This document shows, piece after piece, positions 9,431-18,671 of a stretch of 43,045 nucleotides of DNA. The translations under genes and the position numbers were made by a program. The stretch comes from Candidatus Rokuibacteriota bacterium. GTDB taxonomy: Bacteria > JAUVQV01 > DATDCY01. The notes below the pieces were generated by a model, which saw nothing but the letters and a program-made list of their open reading frames with translations, ran no database searches and was not told where the DNA came from. The stretch's first letter is position 1. Each line of letters starts with the position of its first letter. The stretch spans positions 1 to 43,045 of the forward strand of contig JANOHV010000271.1 in the NCBI GenBank assembly GCA_031406795.1. Reading direction: 5' to 3'.

Positions 9431-10351
9431 CTAGCGCAGGAGTTCCTCCAGCGTGATGCCCACGCAGCGCGCGAGCGACGCCAGGTGGTACCCCCCCTCG
9501 AGCGTGCAGACCAGCGGGATGCCGGCGCAGGAATCCACGATCGTGCGCACGATCTCGCGCACCCCCTGGTCGCTCACCGCGAGGTCCGCGAGCGGGTCGC
9601 CCTCGTGCAGGTCGTACCCGGCCGAAACGATGCAGCAGTCCGGCCGGAAGGAGTCGATCTCACGGCGAAACACCTCGTGATAGGCGTGAAGCAGTTCGGC
9701 ATCTCCGGATCCGGCGCGCAGCGGAATGTTCCGCGTGAAACCGACGCCCTTGCCCCGGCCCCGCTCCCCGGCCGCCCCCGTTCCCGGATAGTGGGGATAC
9801 TCGTGCGTGCTGAAGTAGAAGACGCTGTCGTCATCGTAGAAAGCGGCCTGCGTGCCGTTGCCGTGGTGCACGTCGAAATCCACGATCATGACCCGCGCCA
9901 GGCCGATGCGCTGGGCGTGGCGGGCCGCTACGGCGGCGTTGTTGATGAGGCAGAAGCCCATGGCGCGAGCGGGCTCGGCATGGTGGCCGGGCGGCCGCAC
10001 TGCGCAGAATGCCCGGGAGACCACACCCGCGCGGCAGGCGTCGAGCGCGCCGCAGACCGCGCCCGCCGCAGCGACGGCGGCCTCCCAGGAACGAGCGGAG
10101 AGGAACGTGTCGGGGTCGAGGTAGCGCTCCCCGGGGCGAGCCAGTTCGTCCAGATACGTGCCGTCGTGGACTGCCAGCAGCGCCGCCCGCCCCGCAGGGG
10201 CAACGGGGACGCGCGTCAGGCGCCTGAGCAGTCCGCTGGTCTCGACCTCCTCGAGCACACTCCGGATCCGCCGCGGAGACTCCGGGTGGCCGGGCGGGGT
10301 GCGGTGCTCCAGGAACACCGGGTCACAGAGGAAGCCGACCCGGTTCGTCAC
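9431..10351 (-). CDS. Histone deacetylase family (Zn-dependent lysine/polyamine deacetylase)
   Basis: HPESPRR, RPPGHHA, GFCLINN, DFDVHHGNGTQ, SAGYD, LEGGY; GTG 10351 overlaps the upstream stop (GTGA). Confidence 0.94.
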   Translation of the reverse strand: MTNRVGFLCDPVFLEHRTPPGHPESPRRIRSVLEEVETSGLLRRLTRVPVAPAGRAALLAVHDGTYLDELARPGERYLDPDTFLSARSWEAAVAAAGAVCGALDACRAGVVSRAFCAVRPPGHHAEPARAMGFCLINNAAVAARHAQRIGLARVMIVDFDVHHGNGTQAAFYDDDSVFYFSTHEYPHYPGTGAAGERGRGKGVGFTRNIPLRAGSGDAELLHAYHEVFRREIDSFRPDCCIVSAGYDLHEGDPLADLAVSDQGVREIVRTIVDSCAGIPLVCTLEGGYHLASLARCVGITLEELLR

Positions 10352-11073
10352 CCGTGCGTCTCCCCGTCCCCCCGTTCGAGCAGCGTGGCCATGAACTCTC
10401 CCCACGGGATCTTGACGTTGGCGGGGAGATTCGGGAAACTGCCCTCCTTGAAGACCACCTGACTCTGCGGCAGGTGCAGCAGGGCCAGCAGTGCCGCCTC
10501 GCCCCGCCTCTTGCCGAGGACCGCGTGCTTGAGGACGCCGTTTTCGAGGTAGATCAGCCCTTTGAAAGAACCGGCGTTGACCGAGATGACCCCGGTGCGC
10601 TGCGTAGCGCGCAGGAACTCGATGGTGTCGATGAGCATGCTCTCGAGTTCCGCGCCGCCCGCCGCCTTCTCGGCGCCGCCGAGCACGGTCTCACGCTGGT
10701 CGACCCGACCGATGAGCTGCTGGACCTTGGCCAGGATGGCGACGAGTTTGAACGGTTTGGTGAGGTAGTCGTCCGCTCCGAGCCGTAACGCCAGAAGTCG
10801 CTCGGGAGCCTGGTCGAGCGAACTGAGAAAGAGAAACGGGATCGCTCGCGTCGAGGGGAGCGTGCGCAGCGTCTGGCAGAGCTCCCAGCCGTTCATTTCC
10901 GGCATCACGATGTCGGAGATGACCAGGTCGGGCTTCCCCGCGAGCGCGGCTGCGACCCCCGCCTCGCCATTGCCGGCCTGGAGGATCGCAAACCCCTCGC
11001 GTTCGAGGGTTTCGGCGAGCAGTTCGCGCAGCGTCACGTCGTCATCGACCAGCAGTATCGTGCGCTTCGTCAT
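10348..11073 (-). CDS. Response regulator with C-terminal DUF4388-like domain
   Basis: Receiver motifs LLVDDD, SDIVMP, KPF; C-terminal RTGVISV..GLIYLENG..HA..GEAAL pattern. Confidence 0.85.
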   Translation of the reverse strand: MTKRTILLVDDDVTLRELLAETLEREGFAILQAGNGEAGVAAALAGKPDLVISDIVMPEMNGWELCQTLRTLPSTRAIPFLFLSSLDQAPERLLALRLGADDYLTKPFKLVAILAKVQQLIGRVDQRETVLGGAEKAAGGAELESMLIDTIEFLRATQRTGVISVNAGSFKGLIYLENGVLKHAVLGKRRGEAALLALLHLPQSQVVFKEGSFPNLPANVKIPWGEFMATLLERGDGETHG

Positions 11074-11085
11074 CGCCCCGACACT

Positions 11086-11553
11086 CTAACCGCGGGCCGA
11101 AGGCGCGTCAACGTCCCCGTCGATGCGGATGATTCTCGGCAGTGCCGCAGTTCCGGCCGGCGGACGCCGGACCGGGCGACGGCTGAGCAGCAACCCCAGG
11201 ATCGCGCCGGCGATGCCGCCAAGCCCGGCGGCGTTGCCCCCTGCCAGCGACGGCATGAAGTTCGCTACGAGCACCTCGGCGACCCCGGCGCCGGTCAGCA
11301 AGCCGGCGACGGGCAGCAGATAGGCTTTCGCCGAAGAGCCGATCGCCGATCGAACCGAAACCGCCACGCGGACCCGGTCCCCGGCGACAGCGCCGACGGC
11401 GTTCTGCGCCTCGAGCAACTGCTCGCTCTCGCCGTGCCCCGCGCGACACTGTCCGGCCGACGCGCAGTCGGCGCAGGACCCCGAGCGGCGCAAGCGCACC
11501 AGCGCGGTCTGCGCGCGCACCTCGACCACGGTTCCGCGCTCCTCGATGTGCAC
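11086..11553 (-). CDS. RseC/MucC family membrane protein
   Basis: IEERGTVV, SCADCASAGQC, NAVGAVAGDRV, AYLLP plus two TM helices; GGAGG before GTG 11553. Confidence 0.85.
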   Translation of the reverse strand: MHIEERGTVVEVRAQTALVRLRRSGSCADCASAGQCRAGHGESEQLLEAQNAVGAVAGDRVRVAVSVRSAIGSSAKAYLLPVAGLLTGAGVAEVLVANFMPSLAGGNAAGLGGIAGAILGLLLSRRPVRRPPAGTAALPRIIRIDGDVDAPSARG

Positions 11554-11572
11554 CAGGCCTCCGTCCCACCCG

Positions 11573-11600
11573 AAAAAAAAGCCCGCCGCAAGCGGCGAGC
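11573..11600 (-). terminator. Intrinsic terminator after tRNA-Thr
   Basis: Minus strand GCTCGCCG-CTTG-CGGCGGGC followed by T8. Confidence 0.88.
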
Positions 11601-11609
11601 CGCAGACCA

Positions 11610-11684
11610 TGGAGCCGACGGTCGGATTTGAACCGACGACCTATCGATTACGAATCGATTGCTCTACCACTGAGCTACGCCGGC
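11610..11684 (-). tRNA. tRNA-Thr(CGT)
   Basis: 75-nt cloverleaf GCCGGCGTAGCTCAGTGGTAGAGCAATCGATTCGTAATCGATAGGTCGTCGGTTCAAATCCGACCGTCGGCTCCA; anticodon loop TT-CGT-AA; encoded CCA. Confidence 0.97.
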
Positions 11685-11703
11685 CCTTCGTAATCAGTGA
11701 TGG

Positions 11704-11732
11704 CTTATACCAGTCTCGGGCGTGCTATTCAA
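11704..11732 (-). promoter_or_regulatory. Probable tRNA promoter
   Basis: TTGAAT, 17-nt spacer, TATAAG with TG extension, ~20 nt before the tRNA. Confidence 0.6.
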
Positions 11733-11843
11733 GTGAGAAGATGGCGCCCACCGCTGCCCCCCCTGCTCTTCGTAAGCGAATCAGGCTTTTCCCGGTGAGT
11801 TGAGATGCCTTGCTCTTCTGCTGGATCCGCGCGTACGCGCGTA

Positions 11844-12725
11844 TCAAGGTGGCCCCGTGCTCCCGAAGAGCCTCCAGAGACTCTCCGGGTCGACGCGCTG
11901 CTCGAAGAGCCGCAGGCCGAGGTGAAGGTGCGGCCCGGTGGCGCGACCGGTGCTCCCCACGCGGCCGATGACCTGTCCCGCGCCGACGACTTCGCCCGCG
12001 GCGGCGAGCAGTTTCTCCAGGTGCATGTAGACGCTGACGAGCCCGGCCCCGTGGTCCACGAACAGCGTCAGCCCGGAGTAGTAGAAGTCCCCGGCGAGGC
12101 GCACCGTCCCCCCGGCAATGGCCTTGACCGGGGTCCCGGCCGGCGCGCTGTAGTCCTGGCCGGCGTGCGGGCTCTTGGGGATGCCGTTGAGGATCCGGCG
12201 GCGTCCGAAGTTGCCGGCGGCCCGCTGGCCGAGCGCCGGCGTGAACCCCCGGTCCCAGAGTTTGGCCGCGCCGGCGGTCCGGTACACATCAGCGGCCAGC
12301 CGCTGTTCGCGCGCGATCCGCTCTTCGAGTTCCTTCGGTGGCGTGACCATGGACGGCGGCAGGGTCAGTCGCTCCTCGGGAAACGCACGCGCCACGATGC
12401 TGATCGGCAGGCGCTGCTCGTCGCCGCCCGCCCAGCGCACGATAATCGACTCGCTGCCCGGCGCGGTCTCGAGATCGACTCCCATCAGGAAGAATGGCTC
12501 CGCCTCTCCCGGGGCGCCCAGCGCCGGATAGTCCTTGCCGAGGAAACGGGCGGACGCGGGCGCGGTCCGCCGCGGCGGCGGCCTCAGAACGAAGACGTCC
12601 CCCGGCCGTGCGCTGAGCGCGGGCGCGACCGCCTTCGTCGAGCCGCCGGCCGCTGCGGGCGCGAACGCCAGCAGCGCCAGGACGGCCAGCACGGGCAGCG
12701 CCCCGGCCGGACCGACGCGCTTCAC
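11844..12725 (-). CDS. M23 family metallopeptidase, secreted
   Basis: Signal peptide (VLAVLALLAFAPAAA), HAGQD (HxxxD), YMHL, STGRATGPHLH (HxH); GTG overlaps the thiD stop. Confidence 0.92.
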   Translation of the reverse strand: MKRVGPAGALPVLAVLALLAFAPAAAGGSTKAVAPALSARPGDVFVLRPPPRRTAPASARFLGKDYPALGAPGEAEPFFLMGVDLETAPGSESIIVRWAGGDEQRLPISIVARAFPEERLTLPPSMVTPPKELEERIAREQRLAADVYRTAGAAKLWDRGFTPALGQRAAGNFGRRRILNGIPKSPHAGQDYSAPAGTPVKAIAGGTVRLAGDFYYSGLTLFVDHGAGLVSVYMHLEKLLAAAGEVVGAGQVIGRVGSTGRATGPHLHLGLRLFEQRVDPESLWRLFGSTGPP

Positions 12726-13558
12726 GAGGCGTCCTTCCCGGACGATGAAAGCCTCGCGGCCATCGGGTTCACGGGGCCTCTCCCGCGACCAAGCGGATAG
12801 GAATGGCGGATGGCGTCGGTGACGAACGCCTTGGCGAGACGCACCGCCTCCGGCAACGCGAATCCCTGTGCGAGAAAACAGGCGCACGCCGTTGACAGGA
12901 CACACCCGGTGCCCCGGGTGTCGCGGATCGCCATCCGGGGGGCGCTCAGCACCAGGGTCCCGTCGGCGTCGGCGAACACATCCAGCGCCTCGCCGCGGCG
13001 GTGTCCGCCCTTGAGCAGGACCGCCCTGGCGCCCAGTTCGCGCAGCTGGAGCGCCGCGGCTTTCATGCCGGCGACGCCGCGGACCCGCCGCCCGAGCAGC
13101 GCTTCCGCCTCGGGAAGGTTCGGGGTGATCAGATCGGCGATCGGCAGCAGCAGTTCGAGCAGCGCTCGCTGCCCGGCGCCATCGAGCAGTGCGCGTCCGC
13201 TCGTCGATCGCAGCACGGGGTCGAGCACGACGCGCGCCGCTCCTCTGCGGGCCAGCGCCGACGCGACGGCGCGCACGATCGGGGCGTTGACCAGCATGCC
13301 GACCTTGACGGCGGCGGTCCCGGCGTCCGCGAGCACACCGGTGATCTGGGCCCGCACCAGCCGCGGGGAGACCGGCGCGACCGCTCGCACCTCGCGGGAA
13401 TCCTGGGCCGTGACCGCGGTGACGGCGAGTTGAGCGTGCCCGCCGAGCGCGGCGACGGTCCGCAGGTCGGCGGCGAGACCGGAACACCCGGCGGAGTCGG
13501 TTCCGGCGATGCACAATACCGGGTACGGCGCGCTTCCCCGGGACTTCCGCACCGTCAT
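12722..13558 (-). CDS. thiD: Hydroxymethylpyrimidine/phosphomethylpyrimidine kinase
   Basis: IAGTDS, VTAQD, VKVGML, DPVL, TPNLPEAE, KGGH, GTGC. Start could instead be 13594. Confidence 0.92.
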   Translation of the reverse strand: MTVRKSRGSAPYPVLCIAGTDSAGCSGLAADLRTVAALGGHAQLAVTAVTAQDSREVRAVAPVSPRLVRAQITGVLADAGTAAVKVGMLVNAPIVRAVASALARRGAARVVLDPVLRSTSGRALLDGAGQRALLELLLPIADLITPNLPEAEALLGRRVRGVAGMKAAALQLRELGARAVLLKGGHRRGEALDVFADADGTLVLSAPRMAIRDTRGTGCVLSTACACFLAQGFALPEAVRLAKAFVTDAIRHSYPLGRGRGPVNPMAARLSSSGKDAS

Positions 13559-13587
13559 CCGCCCCTGTTCCTCCGCCTCCGTATTCC

Positions 13588-13617
13588 TTGACATCGCGCG
13601 ATCGCACTCATTACTAT
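13588..13617 (+). promoter_or_regulatory. Probable sigma70 promoter for the HAMP protein / 9-heme cytochrome pair
   Basis: TTGACA (13588), 18-nt spacer, TACTAT (13612). Confidence 0.55.
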
Positions 13618-13689
13618 AGCAGACGATTCTGCCAAGCAGTTCCGTGAACGTGAATCCGCGGCGCCAGCCGCACAATTGGGTGACCGTAC

Positions 13690-14307
13690 ATGGGGGATGG
13701 TCAGGCTCGGAAAATCATTTTCATCGACAAGCGGTTCCAGGGGAAATTCATCCTCAAGTTCCTCTCGCTGCTGCTGGTCGGGACCGCCGTCTTCGTCCTC
13801 GCCGCCTATCTGATTCTCAACCGGCGCCTCGAGGACTCCTACTACAGCGCCCATTTCGCCATCAAGAGCACGGGGGAGGTCCTGCTGCCCACCTTGCTGG
13901 CCTTGAGCGGCGTCTTCATCCTCGTTCTGGGCGCCGCCGCGTTCGTCATCACCCTGTACGTCTCCCACCACATCGCCGGGCCGCTCTACGCCATCCGTCG
14001 CTACCTGGAAAACGTTTCCCGCGGCGATCTCGATTTCAGGCCGCAGCTCCGCCTCAACGACCAGACCACCCCGCTGGCAGACTCCCTCGCGCACGCGCTC
14101 GAGACGCTCAATTCCCGGCTCGTGGCCGTCCGCATCGGCGCCGATGCGATGCGCCTCTCCTCGGCGAAGCTCTCGCGCCACATGACCGCCTCGGCGGGCG
14201 CGAGCGAGGAGTGCCGCAAGGACCTGGGCGAACTGCTCGCCCGGGAAGAAGCGTTGATCCGGGAACTGGAGTTCTTCCACCTGCGGACGCCGGACGGAAA
14301 TCCCTGA
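13690..14307 (+). CDS. Two-TM membrane protein with HAMP domain and short coiled coil (truncated MCP-like)
   Basis: RKIIFIDKRFQ N-terminus, two hydrophobic helices, SHHIAGPL...GDL...RLNDQ HAMP pattern; no kinase or full signalling domain. Confidence 0.8.
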   Translation: MGDGQARKIIFIDKRFQGKFILKFLSLLLVGTAVFVLAAYLILNRRLEDSYYSAHFAIKSTGEVLLPTLLALSGVFILVLGAAAFVITLYVSHHIAGPLYAIRRYLENVSRGDLDFRPQLRLNDQTTPLADSLAHALETLNSRLVAVRIGADAMRLSSAKLSRHMTASAGASEECRKDLGELLAREEALIRELEFFHLRTPDGNP

Positions 14308-14327
14308 AGCGCCCGCCGAGCAGATCA

Positions 14328-15416
14328 ATGCGCGTGCCCGCCCTTTTCGTCGCCGCCGTGCTCTTCGTCGCCTCGCCGGCGTCCGCTGCGCCCGAGCGCA
14401 ACCCGCACACATTCGATCAGGTCGGCTGCACCCACTGCCACCTGGTCGTTCCCGGGAAGGGTCGGGTCCTGCAACGCGGCGTCTTCCGCAAGGACATCGA
14501 CGATCTGTGCCAGGAATGTCATGCCGCCTCGCTCGAGGACAACATCAACCACCGGGTGGGGATCCAGCCGTCGATGAGGGTGCCCGAGGACCTGCACTTG
14601 AACGAGAACGGCGAGATCTCCTGCATCACCTGTCACGACCCCCACGCGGAGTACGTGAGCACGAAAACCGGCAACCGCACCTGGTTCTTGCGCCGTCAGA
14701 TGCTCAAACGCGAACTCTGCATCGCCTGCCACGCCGAGGAGAATTACCGGGAGCCGAAGCCCACGGTCACGCTGCTCGCGCCCGCCAACAACGCCGTCGT
14801 CGACCGGCTGCCCGTTCCGCTGATCGGCACGGTGTCCGACACACGGCTCGCTGAGGTCACCGTCGAGATCAACGACTCACGCCTGGTCCTGAGCGTCCGC
14901 AGCAACACCTTTTCGACGATGCTCAGCCTGCGCGAGGGTATCAACACGATCCGCATCACCGGTTCGGGGGTGGTTCCCGTCGTGCTGAACATTCTCTACA
15001 ACCCGGCGCTGCCGAAGGAGATGACGTACCGCCTCTACCGCTCGCACGGCATGGTCACCCGCAAGGACTGCTTTGCATGCCACGACGAGCGGACTCACTC
15101 CTACTCCATCGCGGTCGCGGATGTCGATCTGTGCGCGAAATGCCACGATCGTCTGCCCGCGGCCAAATTCGTCCACGGGCCCGTCGCCATCGGCAGTTGC
15201 ACCGTCTGCCACGACCCGCACGGCCAGACCAACCCGGCCTTCCTGCTGGCAAACGGAGAGGCGCTCTGCTTCCGCTGTCACACCGAGGGGGACGCGCTCA
15301 AGCATCTCGTGATCCGCCCGCCCGGCAGCGGCAACTTCCTGCGGGAGAAGGGCTGCACCTTCTGCCACGACCCGCACCAATCGGACCGCAAGTTCCTGCT
15401 CCGCCAGAAGATCTGA
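14328..15416 (+). CDS. Nine-heme cytochrome c with internal Ig-like domain
   Basis: Sec signal MRVPALFVAAVLFVASPASA; 9 CxxCH motifs counted (4 + 5) separated by a beta-rich segment. Confidence 0.9.
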   Translation: MRVPALFVAAVLFVASPASAAPERNPHTFDQVGCTHCHLVVPGKGRVLQRGVFRKDIDDLCQECHAASLEDNINHRVGIQPSMRVPEDLHLNENGEISCITCHDPHAEYVSTKTGNRTWFLRRQMLKRELCIACHAEENYREPKPTVTLLAPANNAVVDRLPVPLIGTVSDTRLAEVTVEINDSRLVLSVRSNTFSTMLSLREGINTIRITGSGVVPVVLNILYNPALPKEMTYRLYRSHGMVTRKDCFACHDERTHSYSIAVADVDLCAKCHDRLPAAKFVHGPVAIGSCTVCHDPHGQTNPAFLLANGEALCFRCHTEGDALKHLVIRPPGSGNFLREKGCTFCHDPHQSDRKFLLRQKI

Positions 15417-15524
15417 GCGCTCCTCACCCCGCCCATTCTGGTTGAACCGGCAGTTCCGGCAACAGACCCTTCAAAGATCTCCGACTGCGCCGAACGCCTC
15501 AGAATTGCCCGTGCGAAGCGCCTG

Positions 15525-17747
15525 CTAGTCCAGGCCGGTGCGGCGGCGGAGGACCCACTCCGCCGTCAGCACGGCCAGGAGCGCCAGAAAGACCGGAAGC
15601 GTCTCCGCGAGCGGCGTGCTCTCGTCGCGCTCATGCGGACCGGACGCGGTCAGCTCGTCGAGCGCTCGCTCCAGGGCGTCGGCGGTCGCGCCCGCCTCGC
15701 CGAGTTCGAGGAACGCCCCGCGACGGCCCGACAGCAGCGCCGCCGCCGCCGCCCGGTTCAACCCCGGGGCTCTGAACTCCTCGGGCGGCCAGCGCGCGCT
15801 GACGGTGCCCGCGGCGCGTGCGTACGCGGCGCCCCGCGTCGAGGCCTCGGCGGCGATCTCCCAGGTGCCCTCCCCGGACACCGGCGCCTCAACCCGATAG
15901 ACGCCCGGCGCCTCGAGGGCGGGAACGAGGGCGCGCGTCTCCCCTGCCGGACCGCGCAGGGTCACGGAGAGTTCGACGCGCGCCGCGGGAAGAAAGTCCT
16001 CGCCCAGCACCCGGATGCGCGCACGGAGCGGCTCGCCCGGGGCGATCCTGGTTCGTTCGGCGTCCACCCTGAGTGGCTGCAGCTGGGGGTCGCCGATGCT
16101 CCAGCGGACCGCCTGCCGGACGAAGGTGAGGTAAGCCCGGTTTCCTCTCCCGCGACCGGCCTCCGCGAAGGCCCAGTCCCAGAGCGAGTCCGTCAGGACG
16201 GAGAGCACACGGCCCTTCCCGTAGCGACCGAGGACCACGAGCGGCTGGGTCTGCCCATCGCCCAGCGGCAGCTCGGCGAGGACCACCGCACCGGGCCGGG
16301 CCGCGCCCGAGAGGTTGTAACCCCTCAGCGGGGGCGGCTCGCCGCCGCGATCCGCCAGCCCCTGGAAGAACGGGTGGCTACGCCCCGCCGGGGTCAGGCG
16401 GGGCTGGATCGCCCTTTCGCTGAAGCCCCCTCCCGCGGGCGGTGTCTCCGGGAGCAGCACGGGAAACACGCGGGCGATCGGGCTCGTTTGATAGCGGCCC
16501 CCGAGGTAGGAGAGCGGCCCGCCGAGCATCCAGAATCCCCCGCCCTTGGCCACGTACTCTTCGACTTTTTCGAGATACGTCGACGGCAGGTAGGGTTGCG
16601 AACTGAAGTTGTCGAAAACGAGGAGGTCGAAATTCGCCAGTTCCTCGAGGAAGATCTTCTGGGTCGGAAACGGGATGAGGCTCAAGTCCTGCTGCGGGAC
16701 GTCGACCGCGTCGGCGGCCGTGCGCAGGATGATGAAGGAAACGACATCGAGACTCGGGTCGCCCTTGAGGGCGCTGCGAAGGAAGCGATAGCTCCACCCC
16801 GGCTGACCGGTGACGAGAAGCACACGGATCTTGTCGCGTACCGCCTCGATCGGCAACTCCGCCCGGTTGTTGTCGCTGATCTGCTCGCCTTCCTGCACCG
16901 GGAGTTGGACGACCAGCGGGTAGCTTCCCGGTGCCGGCGGTGTCCACTCGAGGCTGACGTTCAAGTCCTGGCCGTCGGCTGGCAGGCTGACCGTCCGCGA
17001 GACCAGGACCTGCTCGTCGCGCTTGAGCAGCAGCGGCACGCTTCGCCCGGCCAGCCCGCTGGCGCGCAAGAGCACCCGGATCAGCAGCGGCTGGCCGGCG
17101 AAGGCGATGGCCGGGGGCGCGGCCGAGGCGATTTCGGCATCGATGGTGCGCTCCCCCGCACCGACCCCGACGATCACCAGCGGCAGGTCCGGCAGCATGG
17201 CGAGCGTCTCGGCCCGCGCGCCGGCGCCGTGCCCCCCGTCGGTGAAGACCACGACCGCTGCTGGCTCTCCGGTCCCGCCGGCAACGCGCAACGCGCCGGC
17301 AAGATCGGTGCGCGGCCCCTCCGGTCGCAGTCCCTCGAGCCCCTCGCGCGTCAGCGGCGAGAACGACTCGGCGACCGAGAAATACCCGGGCACAAACCCC
17401 GCGATCGAGCGGTCGAACTCTCCCGTTTGCAGGAAATCCCGCACGCGCTCCAGACGCGAGCGCTCCAGCCCACCGCGCAGCCCCATGCTCCGCGAAGCGT
17501 CGACGGCGATGGTCAGGGGGCGGCGCACCGGGTGGATGGCCCTGCGGACGATGCGCGGTCCGGCGATCAGCACGAGCACCAGCGCGAGCGAGACGCAGCG
17601 CAGCAGTGCGATCAGCGCCGCCCGCGCCCCGGAAACCCGGGAGCGTAACGAGAAGAAATACCAGAGGCCGAATGCGGCGATGAACGCCGCCGCGGCGGCC
17701 GCCATGAACTGCGCGCCAGTCCCCCTGAACACCTCTCCGAGAGCCAT
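15525..17747 (-). CDS. Membrane protein with VWA-like and class I glutamine amidotransferase-like domains
   Basis: N-terminal TMs, VDASRSM (DxSxS MIDAS), TDL..., FTDG, LSLIPFPT, GGGFWMLGGPLSY, GKGRV, C-terminal AEWVLRRRTGL. Confidence 0.8.
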   Translation of the reverse strand: MALGEVFRGTGAQFMAAAAAAFIAAFGLWYFFSLRSRVSGARAALIALLRCVSLALVLVLIAGPRIVRRAIHPVRRPLTIAVDASRSMGLRGGLERSRLERVRDFLQTGEFDRSIAGFVPGYFSVAESFSPLTREGLEGLRPEGPRTDLAGALRVAGGTGEPAAVVVFTDGGHGAGARAETLAMLPDLPLVIVGVGAGERTIDAEIASAAPPAIAFAGQPLLIRVLLRASGLAGRSVPLLLKRDEQVLVSRTVSLPADGQDLNVSLEWTPPAPGSYPLVVQLPVQEGEQISDNNRAELPIEAVRDKIRVLLVTGQPGWSYRFLRSALKGDPSLDVVSFIILRTAADAVDVPQQDLSLIPFPTQKIFLEELANFDLLVFDNFSSQPYLPSTYLEKVEEYVAKGGGFWMLGGPLSYLGGRYQTSPIARVFPVLLPETPPAGGGFSERAIQPRLTPAGRSHPFFQGLADRGGEPPPLRGYNLSGAARPGAVVLAELPLGDGQTQPLVVLGRYGKGRVLSVLTDSLWDWAFAEAGRGRGNRAYLTFVRQAVRWSIGDPQLQPLRVDAERTRIAPGEPLRARIRVLGEDFLPAARVELSVTLRGPAGETRALVPALEAPGVYRVEAPVSGEGTWEIAAEASTRGAAYARAAGTVSARWPPEEFRAPGLNRAAAAALLSGRRGAFLELGEAGATADALERALDELTASGPHERDESTPLAETLPVFLALLAVLTAEWVLRRRTGLD

Positions 17748-17757
17748 CGCGTGCAGG

Positions 17758-18594
17758 TCAAATCCTCTGGCGCAGAAACGGCATGTGGATCCGGTCCTGC
17801 TTGTAGTCGCCGCACAGGGCGTACATGACGATGTTCACCCCCAGGTGAAACGCCAGGCGACGCTGTCGCTCCCCGCCGGGAGCGCAGGGGTCGCTCCAGC
17901 GCCCGAGCGGATCGCGGGCGAACGCGCCGAGGAGGTCGTTCTGCGAGTAGAACACCGCCGTCCGTCCCTGGATCGTGATCCCCTCGAGAAACGGGCTGAC
18001 CACGCGCGCTCCGGCAACCGTCCGCACCAGGAAGAACGATTTGAACACCGTGTGTTCCGCGGGGAGCCGCTCCAGTCGGGCCGCCGGCTCCACGCGCGCC
18101 AGCTCCCGACGCAAAGCGGCGTCGAAACCATAGCCGGGCGTCCCCGCGGCATCGTCGGCCACCAGCGTCCCCCCGGCCTCGAGCCAGGTGCGCAGGCGCT
18201 CGATCTCCTGCGGAGAGAAGGGCGTGAATTCGCGGTTGCCGGCGACATAGAGAAAGGGGTACGAGAACAACTGCGGATCGGCGAGGGCAACCTCGCGTCG
18301 CACCGGCTCGACTTCAACGCTGGTCATGCGTTCGATTTCACGGATGAACGGCTGCGCGGCGGACGGGTGCGGGTCCCAATCACCGCCCGAATAGCGCAAC
18401 TGCGCGAAGGAGAAGCGCTTGACCACATCCTTCGGTTGGGCCTTGAGCTCGAGGTACCCCAGCGCCCGCAACGGCGTCAGGGAGAAGAACGCCGCCCCGC
18501 CCGCGAGCGCCGCGAGCAGCCTGCGCCTTCCGGCATCCTCGGGCAGCTCCGCCCCGTTCCCCGACCGGTCACACCGCCGCACCCTTGTCTTCAT
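17758..18594 (-). CDS. DUF4159 domain protein with twin-arginine-like signal
   Basis: GRRRLLAALAGG signal; YPFLY, LRTWLEAGG, GVNIVMYALCGDYKQD motifs. Confidence 0.88.
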   Translation of the reverse strand: MKTRVRRCDRSGNGAELPEDAGRRRLLAALAGGAAFFSLTPLRALGYLELKAQPKDVVKRFSFAQLRYSGGDWDPHPSAAQPFIREIERMTSVEVEPVRREVALADPQLFSYPFLYVAGNREFTPFSPQEIERLRTWLEAGGTLVADDAAGTPGYGFDAALRRELARVEPAARLERLPAEHTVFKSFFLVRTVAGARVVSPFLEGITIQGRTAVFYSQNDLLGAFARDPLGRWSDPCAPGGERQRRLAFHLGVNIVMYALCGDYKQDRIHMPFLRQRI

Positions 18595-18671
18595 CGCGTC
18601 TCCACTATATCCTGTTTTCTTTGGACGACAAACCTCCCGCGACGATGCGGGATCGTGCAAGGAGAGAGAGC

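Noticed and set aside
11560-11700. tRNA-Thr as an integration site for an island
   Set aside because: No integrase gene, no duplicated tRNA 3' end noticed, and the native terminator follows directly.
11828-11841. 14-bp perfect palindrome CGCGCGTACGCGCG after the M23 gene
   Set aside because: Low-complexity CG alternation, seen once and without a U-tract; likely chance or a weak terminator.
13559-13689. TPP riboswitch upstream of thiD
   Set aside because: No CTGAGA-type core is seen; the region looks like a plain divergent promoter.
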